Source: Verrucomicrobiia bacterium (GTDB taxonomy: Bacteria > Verrucomicrobiota > Verrucomicrobiia > Limisphaerales > UBA11358). From it: a stretch of DNA of 64,000 bases. Positions 51,329-60,300 of the stretch are shown here, one piece after another. The position numbers and the translations under genes are program-made. Under the pieces are notes generated by a model. That model ran no database searches. It was not told the DNA's origin and was given only the letters and a program-made list of their open reading frames with translations. Location: NCBI GenBank assembly GCA_035546095.1, contig DASZXB010000017.1, forward strand, positions 24 through 64,023, written 5' to 3'. Numbering within the stretch: position 1 is the first letter of the stretch; each line of letters opens with the position of its first letter.

Positions 51329-52089
51329 GCGCGATTCCGCAACGCATCGTTTGTCTCTCTGCCGAAGTCGCCGATTGGTTTTGGCGGCTCGGCGCGTGGG
51401 AAAATGTCGCGGGTGTCACGGTATTTTTTGAACAAGCGCCCGATGCGCCGCCCAAACCGCGCGTCAGCGGATTCAGTTCCGCCAATTTCGAGCAAATCGA
51501 GAAATTAAATCCCGATTTGGTCGTCACGTTTTCCGACGTGCAAACACAATTGGCAACCAAATTGGTTCAACGCGGTTTTTCGGTTTTTTCCACCAATCAA
51601 CGCACGTTGGAAGAAATTGAAAACACGCTCGGATTGCTCGCGCGCATGGTAAATCGCGGACACGATGGCGAAAGATTGCTGGATGAATTTCGCACGCGAC
51701 TGGCACCGGTGAAAAACGTTTCGCGCCGTCCGCGCATTTATTTTGAGGAATGGAATGAGCCGCTGATTTCCGGCATTGGCTGGGTGAGCGAATTGATTGA
51801 ACGCGCCGGCGGCGAAGACATTTTCCCCGAATTGAAATCAAAACGTGCGGCGTTGGAGCGTGTTGTTTCGCCCGGACAAGTTTGCACGGCCAATCCTGAA
51901 ATCATTTTTGCCTCGTGGTGCGGCAAACCGGTGAACATTTCTGAAATCGTCTCGCGCCTCGGTTGGGAAAAATTATTCGCCGTTCGCCATCAACGCATCT
52001 ATGAAATTTCCGGCGACGACATTTTGCAGCCCGGCTTTCGATTGATTTATGGTTTTGAATTGATGAAAAAAGTGATTGGACATTGTTGA
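51325..52089 (+). CDS. cobalamin-binding protein (BtuF-like, periplasmic-binding-protein type 2 fold) without signal peptide
   Basis: RIVCLSAEVADW...LNPDLVVTFSD...YFEEWNEPLISGIGWVSELIERAGG pattern typical of BtuF-like B12-binding proteins. The protein begins MSAIPQRIVCL with no hydrophobic leader. Confidence 0.7.
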   Translation: MSAIPQRIVCLSAEVADWFWRLGAWENVAGVTVFFEQAPDAPPKPRVSGFSSANFEQIEKLNPDLVVTFSDVQTQLATKLVQRGFSVFSTNQRTLEEIENTLGLLARMVNRGHDGERLLDEFRTRLAPVKNVSRRPRIYFEEWNEPLISGIGWVSELIERAGGEDIFPELKSKRAALERVVSPGQVCTANPEIIFASWCGKPVNISEIVSRLGWEKLFAVRHQRIYEISGDDILQPGFRLIYGFELMKKVIGHC

Positions 52090-52104
52090 TTAAAAGTTCC
52101 GAAA

Positions 52105-52632
52105 ATGTCGCAAATTATGTTGTCGCGAACGGTCATCATTGGCAACAGCGGTTCGGGCAAAAGTTATTTGGCGCAATCGCTGTCGGCAATTCATTCAATT
52201 CCCGTTGTCCATCTCGACGGAATTTTTTGGATGCCCGGCGGATTCAACGAGAAGAGGCCAGCAAACGAAGTGAGAATTGAAATAGAACGGAAACGAAAAG
52301 ACGATTCGTGGATTGTCGAAGGTGTTTTTGGTGAACTGGCTGAATTGTTTTTGCCGCGAGCGGATTGTCTTATATTTTTAGATTTGGATTGGACTGCCTG
52401 CTGGTCGGCACTTGTGGCGCGCGGTTCTGAAAGTTCAAAGCAATTGCCAGCGGCCAATGCAGAGGGAAATTTTAAGAAATTGCTCCTTTGGGCGGAACAA
52501 TATTGGACTAGGACAAATTCATGCTCTCAATCAAACCACCTTCGGCTGTTTTCCAATTTTACCGGCGTCAAATTCAGATTTATCCGCCGCTCTGAAATTG
52601 ACGAATTTCTCAGGCAACAAGAAAGAAGTTAA
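52105..52632 (+). CDS. P-loop NTPase / adenylate-kinase-like small kinase
   Basis: IIGNSGSGKSYLAQSL Walker A in a 175-aa protein. Its size and pattern are typical of AAA-type small-molecule or nucleotide kinases. Confidence 0.65.
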   Translation: MSQIMLSRTVIIGNSGSGKSYLAQSLSAIHSIPVVHLDGIFWMPGGFNEKRPANEVRIEIERKRKDDSWIVEGVFGELAELFLPRADCLIFLDLDWTACWSALVARGSESSKQLPAANAEGNFKKLLLWAEQYWTRTNSCSQSNHLRLFSNFTGVKFRFIRRSEIDEFLRQQERS

Positions 52633-54011
52633 ACGCCAATCTGTTTTTGAATCGCGCCGCAGATTTTTTGCGACCAGTTTTTCAAAATCTTTTCGTCACG
52701 ACCTTCAACGAGCAGGCGCGCTTTTGATTCTGTGCCGGAATAACGCAACAGCAAACGACCGCCTTGCGCGGACAATTCTTTTTCCGCGTCAGCGACCAAT
52801 TTGGGCATGCCGTCCAATTTATCAAACGGCTTTTTTTCGCGGACTTTCACGTTTGTCACGAGTTGCGGGAAACGCGTCCAGCATTTTGCCAATTTTGAGA
52901 GCGGCTGCTCCTTTGATTTCAAAATCCGCAAAATTTGCAACGCAGCGACCAAGCCGTCGCCGGTTGTCGCAAAATCACGGAAAATGAGATGACCGCTTTG
53001 TTCGCCGCCGAAGTTGAAGCCGTTCTTCAACATTTCATCAATCACGTTTTTGTCGCCGACGGGCGTGCGAATCATTTTGCCACCTGCTTTTTGAATCGCC
53101 GCTTCAAGGCCAGCGTTGCTCATCACGGTGGAGACCAACGTCTTTTTCGCAAGCGATTTTTCGGTAATCATGTCGAGCGCGGTGATGGCCATGACGTCGT
53201 CACCGTCAATGAGATTACCTTTTTCGTCGCAGAGCAAAACGCGGTCGGCGTCGCCATCATGTGCAATACCGAGATGCGCGCCGTGTTCGACAACTTTTTT
53301 GCACATCGTTTCCGGGTGCATCGAGCCGCAATTTTCATTGATGTTTTTGCCGGTCGGATGGTCGCCGTAAACGATGACTTCCGCGCCGAGTTCGCGCAGC
53401 ACGCACGGCGACGCTTTGTAAGCCGCGCCGTGTCCGCAATCCAAAATGATTTTCAATCCTTCGAGTGTCTGGCCTTTGGGAAAACTGGATTTGGCAAATT
53501 CAATGTAACGGCCGAGCGCGTCGTCAATGCGGACAGCTTTGCCGATTTCATCGGCGGTTGGCCGGACTTTCTCGATTTCACCGCTGAAAACGAGTTGCTC
53601 GATTTCGTCCTCGATTTTGTCGTCCAATTTGTAGCCGTCGGCGCGGAAAAATTTGATGCCGTTGTCGGCGTAAGGATTGTGCGAAGCAGTAATCACGATG
53701 CCCGCGTCGGCGCGCAGGCTGCGCGTGATGTAAGCGACGCCGGGCGTGGGCAGCGGGCCAATGAACAAAACATCCACGCCCATCGAAAGAATTCCCGATG
53801 AAATGGCGTTTTCGAGCATGTAACCGGAAAGGCGCGTGTCTTTGCCGATGACGATTTTATGTTTGCCATGTCCGCGCGCCTGTTTGTTCAAATTTTTGAA
53901 AACGTGCGCGGCGGCGCGTCCGAGTTTCAAAGCGGTTTCGGCGGTGACGGGTTCGACGTTCGCCGTGCCGCGAACGCCGTCGGTGCCGAAGATTTTTTTG
54001 GGCGGGTTCAT
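52629..54011 (-). CDS. glmM: phosphoglucosamine mutase
   Basis: IFGTDGVRG and TASHNPYADNGIKFF (active-site Ser) motifs. The ATG at 54011 lies next to the upstream stop. Confidence 0.95.
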   Translation of the reverse strand: MNPPKKIFGTDGVRGTANVEPVTAETALKLGRAAAHVFKNLNKQARGHGKHKIVIGKDTRLSGYMLENAISSGILSMGVDVLFIGPLPTPGVAYITRSLRADAGIVITASHNPYADNGIKFFRADGYKLDDKIEDEIEQLVFSGEIEKVRPTADEIGKAVRIDDALGRYIEFAKSSFPKGQTLEGLKIILDCGHGAAYKASPCVLRELGAEVIVYGDHPTGKNINENCGSMHPETMCKKVVEHGAHLGIAHDGDADRVLLCDEKGNLIDGDDVMAITALDMITEKSLAKKTLVSTVMSNAGLEAAIQKAGGKMIRTPVGDKNVIDEMLKNGFNFGGEQSGHLIFRDFATTGDGLVAALQILRILKSKEQPLSKLAKCWTRFPQLVTNVKVREKKPFDKLDGMPKLVADAEKELSAQGGRLLLRYSGTESKARLLVEGRDEKILKNWSQKICGAIQKQIGV

Positions 54012-54012
54012 T

Positions 54013-54420
54013 TCAATGTTTGGACTGGGTAATGACGGAGACTTCCGGCGGATTAACGTCCACAAGCGTCACGTAAGGCGGCGTGGAAACGTCCACGGGG
54101 CAATGTAGTTTCTTGTCGGTTTCGACATCTGTCAAATTCACGACGGCGTGGATTTGATTCATTTGCAATTTGGCAATGATTTCGGACGGCCCACTGACTT
54201 TCACGGCGATGACGGCGGGCGCGAGGTGAAAATCCTGAACATTAGTCGTTCCCGAAACCAACAGCACCGGCAAATTGTCGAAGGTCAACGCGCTGTCGGT
54301 CATGGTTGCGGATGTCGGCGTATCGTCGTGAGTATTGTGGACGGTCAACCACACGGCCACGGCGAGAGCGACGGAAAATAATTTCCATTTCCAGTCATTG
54401 GTAATCCAGTCGCGAGCCAT
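54013..54420 (-). CDS. cdaR: YbbR-like domain protein (CdaR-like regulator of diadenylate cyclase)
   Basis: N-terminal TM helix plus one YbbR-like beta-rich domain. It sits between cdaA and glmM as in the conserved cdaA-cdaR-glmM arrangement. Confidence 0.55.
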   Translation of the reverse strand: MARDWITNDWKWKLFSVALAVAVWLTVHNTHDDTPTSATMTDSALTFDNLPVLLVSGTTNVQDFHLAPAVIAVKVSGPSEIIAKLQMNQIHAVVNLTDVETDKKLHCPVDVSTPPYVTLVDVNPPEVSVITQSKH

Positions 54421-54426
54421 GGCGGT

Positions 54427-55293
54427 TCAATAAATGATTTGTTTCACGGTCGGTCGTGGTTCGCTTTTGGTGACGACCACCGGAGCGGGTTTATGGCGTT
54501 CGCCGGAGCGTTTGCGAAGCCATTCAATCAAATTGCGCGATTTGGCCGATTGAACGAGCACGGAAGTCAGAAACGCACGCAATTCTTCCAACGTCACGCC
54601 GCGCACCAACTGGCCTTTGTAAGCGTGCGAAATCGTGCCGTTTTCCTCGGAGACGACAACCACAACAGCGTCGGTTTCCTCACTCAAACCGATGGCCGCG
54701 CGATGCCGCGTGCCGAGCGATTTGTTCAAATCCTGCCGTTGCGTCAGCGGAAAAATGCAAGCCGCGTAAGCGATTCGGTCGCCCTTGATGATGACGCCGC
54801 CGTCGTGAATCGCGTTGTTGGGAAAGAAAATCGTTTCGAGCATTTCCGGCGTCGCTTCGCAATCCACATGCACTCCGGACTCAACGGCGTCGTGCAGTTG
54901 AATCGTCTGTTCAATGGCGATGAGCGCGCCGATTTTCACGTCCGCCAACCGTTCGCAGGTCTGGATGATGACTTCAATGTTTTCACGCTGCTCGTGCACG
55001 GTGGCAAAAAATGGCAGATTACCCAATTCGGCGAGCAACCGGCGCAATTCCGGTTGAAAAATCACCAACGCCGTAAAAGCTATGCCCGCTGCGCCGTAAC
55101 CGAGCAACGAGCGCAACACTTCCAAATGCAACAGCCGCGTCAACAACGCCAACGCCACCCACAACACGACGAAACCGACGACGACCGACCAGCCGCGCGT
55201 ACCGCGCAGGAAGCGCGAGGTGTAATAAATCACCACCGCGAGGATCAAGATTTCCAACGCGGGACGCCAACCGTCTTGCAGGTAAGTCCACAT
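54427..55293 (-). CDS. cdaA: diadenylate cyclase (c-di-AMP synthase), membrane-anchored
   Basis: Three N-terminal TM helices, then DAC domain motifs HDGGVII and LGTRHRAAIGLSEETDAVVVVVSEE. The ATG at 55293 overlaps the folP stop by 1 nt (TAATG). Confidence 0.9.
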   Translation of the reverse strand: MWTYLQDGWRPALEILILAVVIYYTSRFLRGTRGWSVVVGFVVLWVALALLTRLLHLEVLRSLLGYGAAGIAFTALVIFQPELRRLLAELGNLPFFATVHEQRENIEVIIQTCERLADVKIGALIAIEQTIQLHDAVESGVHVDCEATPEMLETIFFPNNAIHDGGVIIKGDRIAYAACIFPLTQRQDLNKSLGTRHRAAIGLSEETDAVVVVVSEENGTISHAYKGQLVRGVTLEELRAFLTSVLVQSAKSRNLIEWLRKRSGERHKPAPVVVTKSEPRPTVKQIIY

Positions 55294-56135
55294 TATTTTT
55301 TTCGTCGTTGCAGCAACGCTTCGGCCATGCGAATTGCCTGAACTGTTTCGCTCACATCGTGCGTCCGGACAACTTGAACGCCGGATTCTATTGCCAGACA
55401 GGCACATGCGAGCGAAGCTGGCAACCGTTCCTTCACCTCCGCGCCCAAAAGTTTTCCGATGAACGACTTGCGCGAAACTCCAATCAGCACCGGACGTGCC
55501 AATGTTGTAAGATGCCGCAGGTTTCCAAGCAACTGCAAATTGTGTTCCGCCGTTTTGCCGAAACCGATGCCGACATCGAAAATGATTTGCTCCGGTTCAA
55601 CGCCGTTCCTTTTCAATTTCTTCAAACGCTCTTGAAAAAATTCGCCGACTTCGCGAACGACGTTTTTATAGCGCGGATTTTTCTGCATCGTTCGCGGACT
55701 GCCCTGCGCGTGCATACAAATGTAACCCGCGCGAAATGCGGAAACAATCTTCCACATTTTGTCGTCGTTGCGATTGGCGGCGACATCGTTGACGATGCTC
55801 GCGTCGGATTCAAGTGCGGCGCGCGCGACGGCAGGCTTCATCGTGTCAATCGAAATTGGAATTTTGATTGTGCCCGCGAGTTTTTCAATCACCGGAATCA
55901 CGCGGCGCAATTCTTCTTTTTCTGAAACGGGTTTTGCGCCCGGTCGCGTGGATTCGCCGCCGACGTCCAAAATTTCCACACCTTCGTCAATCAATTGGAG
56001 CGCGTGAGCGACGGCTTTGTGCACGTCGAGAAATTTTCCACCGTCGGAAAACGAATCCGGCGTGACGTTGACGACGCCCATCACAATTGCCGGACGCGGG
56101 AAAACAAATTTGAATTGTCGGGCGCGAAAAATCAT
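55293..56135 (-). CDS. folP: dihydropteroate synthase
   Basis: VMGVVNVTPDSFSDGG and DVGGESTRPG motifs. Confidence 0.9.
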   Translation of the reverse strand: MIFRARQFKFVFPRPAIVMGVVNVTPDSFSDGGKFLDVHKAVAHALQLIDEGVEILDVGGESTRPGAKPVSEKEELRRVIPVIEKLAGTIKIPISIDTMKPAVARAALESDASIVNDVAANRNDDKMWKIVSAFRAGYICMHAQGSPRTMQKNPRYKNVVREVGEFFQERLKKLKRNGVEPEQIIFDVGIGFGKTAEHNLQLLGNLRHLTTLARPVLIGVSRKSFIGKLLGAEVKERLPASLACACLAIESGVQVVRTHDVSETVQAIRMAEALLQRRKK

Positions 56136-56181
56136 TCACGCTTACGATTTACGATTTGTCCACAAACTGCAAATGGCAATT

Positions 56182-57123
56182 TCAAACTTTGGCGCGGAAA
56201 TACGCAATCGTATCCTTCAAACCGTCGGCGAGCTTCACTTTCGGTTCCCACTTCAGAATCTTTTTCGCTTTGGTGATGTTCGGTTTGCGCTGTTTCGGGT
56301 CGTCTTGCGGCAACGGCTTGTGGACAATTTTGCTTTTCGATTTGGTGGCGCGGATGATTTCTTCGGCGAATTGTAACATCGTCAGTTCGGTCGGATTGCC
56401 AATGTTCACCGGTAAATCGTAATTGCTCATCATCAAACGATAAATACCTTCAATCAAATCCGAGACGTAGCAAAAACTGCGCGTTTGGTTACCCTCACCG
56501 AAAACAGTGACGGGTTTGTTTTTCAACGCCTGCGAAATGAACGCGGGCACGACGCGTCCGTCGTTGACGCGCATTCGCGGGCCGTAGGTGTTGAAAATTC
56601 TCACGATGCGCGTTTCGACTTTGTGTTCGCGATGATACGCCATCGTCATCGCTTCAGCAAAACGTTTGGCTTCGTCGTAACAACCACGCGGGCCAATGGT
56701 GTTGACGTTGCCCCAGTATTCTTCGACTTGCGGATGGATGAGCGGGTCGCCGTAAATTTCGGAAGTGGAGGCGACGAGAAAACGCGCGCCTTTATTTTTC
56801 GCCAGACCGAGCGCTTTGTGCGTGCCGAGCGAACCGACTTTCATCGTCTGGATCGGAATTTGCAGATAATCAATCGGGCTGGCGGGCGACGCAAAATGCC
56901 AGACGTAATTCACCGGCACGTCGAGAAAAATAAATTCGGTGACGTCCTGCTGGATGAATTTGAAATTAGGATTGCCGCCGAGATGCGAAATGTTGTCCAC
57001 GCTGCCGGTGACAAAGTTGTCAATGCCGATGACTTTATGGCCGCGCGCGAGCAGCAAATCGGTGAGATGCGAACCTAAAAATCCTGCAGCGCCTGTGACG
57101 ACCGAAGTCGGTTTATTTTTCAT
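56182..57123 (-). CDS. UDP-glucuronate decarboxylase (UDP-xylose synthase-like SDR)
   Basis: [18 protein letters not shown] (YxxxK), and [10 protein letters not shown] typical of UXS-type enzymes. Confidence 0.85.
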   Translation of the reverse strand: MKNKPTSVVTGAAGFLGSHLTDLLLARGHKVIGIDNFVTGSVDNISHLGGNPNFKFIQQDVTEFIFLDVPVNYVWHFASPASPIDYLQIPIQTMKVGSLGTHKALGLAKNKGARFLVASTSEIYGDPLIHPQVEEYWGNVNTIGPRGCYDEAKRFAEAMTMAYHREHKVETRIVRIFNTYGPRMRVNDGRVVPAFISQALKNKPVTVFGEGNQTRSFCYVSDLIEGIYRLMMSNYDLPVNIGNPTELTMLQFAEEIIRATKSKSKIVHKPLPQDDPKQRKPNITKAKKILKWEPKVKLADGLKDTIAYFRAKV

Positions 57124-57375
57124 TTGTTAAATGTTTCGGCGCAGGAGCATAACAAATCTTGTACGCCACTTCAACGCTTTCAAATAAAAAGCCGGAACCA
57201 TTGCTCCGGCTGCTGACAAACTTGTCACTTTCAAATTGACATTTTGTGACGCTTGAACATTTCACAAGGGTTCGATTGATGGAGATAGAATTCTACATGT
57301 ATTTTTGATGGATATTCCTTGATGGATTATTTGTTATTGCATAACAATGATTCTAATTTAAGCAGGAGCGAATTT

Positions 57376-60300
57376 ATGAAAAACACAATCGCTTTCATGG
57401 TGAAATTGGTTGTTTCAATGATTCTGTGGAGCTTCACTGCATTTTCTCAAACAGCATCCTATGGTGTGGTTTCTACATCCTCGCTTCCTCCGCAATTTGT
57501 GTATGCCGTGGCCGAGCGCGGTCCAAATTATTGTATTTGGTCCACAACCAATCATGAAACAGATGCCAAGGGCCAAGGTGTGCCTGTCGTGCATAAATAT
57601 ACTGAACTAGCCACAGGCTTAAATCATTTAGTCAATGGCCAATGGATTCCCAGCAGTGAGGAGATTGATATTTTGCCCGACGGAACAGCGGCGGCGACCA
57701 ATGGACAACATCAGGTGTATTTTCCAGCAGATATTTACGATGGAGAAATCCGAATGGTGACGCCTGACGGTAAAACATTACAAAGCCAGCCGTTGGGATT
57801 AAGTTATGACGATGGCAGCAACACAGTGTTGATTGCCATATTGACCAATTCGATTGGTGAATTGATTTCTTCCAATCAGGTGATTTATCCCAATGCGTTT
57901 GCGGGTATGGACGCGGATTTACGTTACACCTACACGAAGGCGGGATTCGAGCAGGACATCATCTTGCGGGAACAGCCGCCGACGCCGCAATCGTTTGGTC
58001 TGAACCCTGACGCGACACGATTGGAAGTGTTGACGGAGTTCTTCAATCCACCCCGGCCAACAGTCAAGGCAACTGCTGTTTCGACCGCCGCAGGCAATCT
58101 TGAGGATGACAATTTGAGTTTTGGGACGATGCGGATGCGGCGGGGGAAGGCGTTTCTGTTGGGAACGAACACCCCTTCTGCCAGTGTCAACAAACAATGG
58201 CTTACGTTGGACAACAGACAGTTCCTAGTGGAAGAAGTGCCGGTCGTTTCCATCGTCAATGAACTGTCACAATTGCCGCAGAGCGCATCCACTCAATCCA
58301 ATCCTCCATTGAATGTGATTTCGAGCACGAGATTATTGCCGCAACAACGTCTGGCCAAAACCAAAGGCAAAAAGACATTCATTGCAAAGGCTTCGCTGCC
58401 GGACAATGGATTGGTGTTGGATTACAACACGATTAATAGCAGTTTAACGAATTACACATTTCGGGGCGACACAACATATTATATTAGTGGAAATATTTAT
58501 CTATATGGAACCAATATCTTTGAGGGCGGGACGGTGATAAAATACAACGGCACCTCGATTACTCTTGACTATCCATCCTCTATCCAAACACAGACTTCTG
58601 CTTATCGCCCTGTGATATTTACGAGCGGCTCGGATTCCAGCGTGGGTGAAATCACGCCGGGCGGATATAGCGGCGGACACCCGGCGCTGGCGTATTATGG
58701 AACAGTAACATATGCTGAAAGCGGTTCGCTAAAGTTAAACAATTTCCGGATTTACCGCGCCGATGAAGCGATTTATGTCAGCGGCAATCTCAATGCCACT
58801 CTCGAGAATGGTCAGTTTTGTGATTGTGTAATCGGGTTTGAAGCGGATGGATTCAACGTATACGCACAAATTGAAAATTGCCTGTTTCAAGAGCCCGGCT
58901 CGATGGCCCTGTGCCTGAATCAGGCAAACGTAACGATGGAAAATGTCACGGTGGATGGCAATGGCGATACCTCTTTATCACAGGCCGTGCCCTATAGCGA
59001 TGCTCCATATACTATTATGATGACCAATTGTTTAATCGGCAACGTTTGGACACTTTCATGGGGATCGTCTGACGCCATAATCGGAGGCGATTACAATGGA
59101 TTTTATGACACCGACGTTTCGCCTTTTGGCGTTCATTACATAGATTTTCCCGATAATGGCCCGTATCAAACCGCAGGCGCCGGCAATTATTATTTGGGGG
59201 ACAATTCATTCCGCTATTTTGTTGGCACGACAGCTATTGACCCAGCATTGCTGGCCTCCCTACGGACGAAGACCGTTTATCCCCCCGACACAAACTCGTA
59301 TATCAACACAATCATTTCGACGCCAACTACCATTACTCCTTCGCCTCAAGTTCTTTTTGATGAACCTAATGCTATCGCCCTTGGCTATCATTATGACCGC
59401 ATTGATTACCTTGTTGATAATCTGACTGTTTCCAACACGGTTTTAAGTTTGGCGAATGGCGTTGTGTTGGCCAGTTGTAATGACATCGGTATCCAGGTTC
59501 AAGGAAGTGGAACCATTGTTTCAACCGGAACGCCGGCACTGCCAAATTGGCTTGTCCGGTATCAATCTGTGCAGGAGGAACCCATACTTTTGGGAGGCGC
59601 CGACCCTTCACTGGGCGCAACAATTTGCGCGACAAACACCGGGGCGTCCGGCTCATTTCAATTCACGCATTTTTCAGTTCCCGCCGGCGGCGGCTATGAT
59701 TTTTACGACACCGGCAATTCAGTATTCAGCAACCTTGTGCTGCAAGAATGCGAGCTTTACGGCGGAGCAAATGATTTCAGCGGAGGAAGCTCCGCCAGCA
59801 GCGTAATTCTACAGAACAACCTCTTTGATTGTTCGTCCATCTACGCCTCCAACACTTCCGCCTCGGCAAGTCTTGCCATCTCCAACAACCTTTTTTGGGG
59901 GACAACCGCAACCATTCACCAGCCGGCCGATGGGGTTTGGTATGCTTACAACAATGACTTTGATTCAACTGCCATTACAAATTCAACTTTGAACAATGGT
60001 TACAATGCCTATCTGAATTGCAGCGGTTATTTGTCTTCCACGAATGCCACCGACATTTTTTCTGATGACTCATTGGCCTATGTCGCCGGGCCTTTGGGCG
60101 ATTTTTACCAGCCGGACGACAGCCCGCTCATCAATGCCGGCAGCACAACGGCGAACCATGTGGGTTTATGCGCTTATACTGTTCTGACTGATACGGTTAA
60201 CGGAATGGAGATTGAGGAAACGAATTCCATTGTGGATATTGGTTACCACCATGTCGCCGCCACTCCTGATGACAATTTAGTGGTCAGCACCAACATCACG

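Noticed and set aside
57185-57215. Hairpin gccgga-N8-tccggc that, read on the minus strand, is followed by a T-run (terminator-like).
   Set aside because: It lies upstream of the minus-strand uxs-like gene, and no minus-strand gene ends there. The stem is only 6 bp. It could be a leader attenuator or a small-RNA terminator, but I cannot support either from sequence alone.
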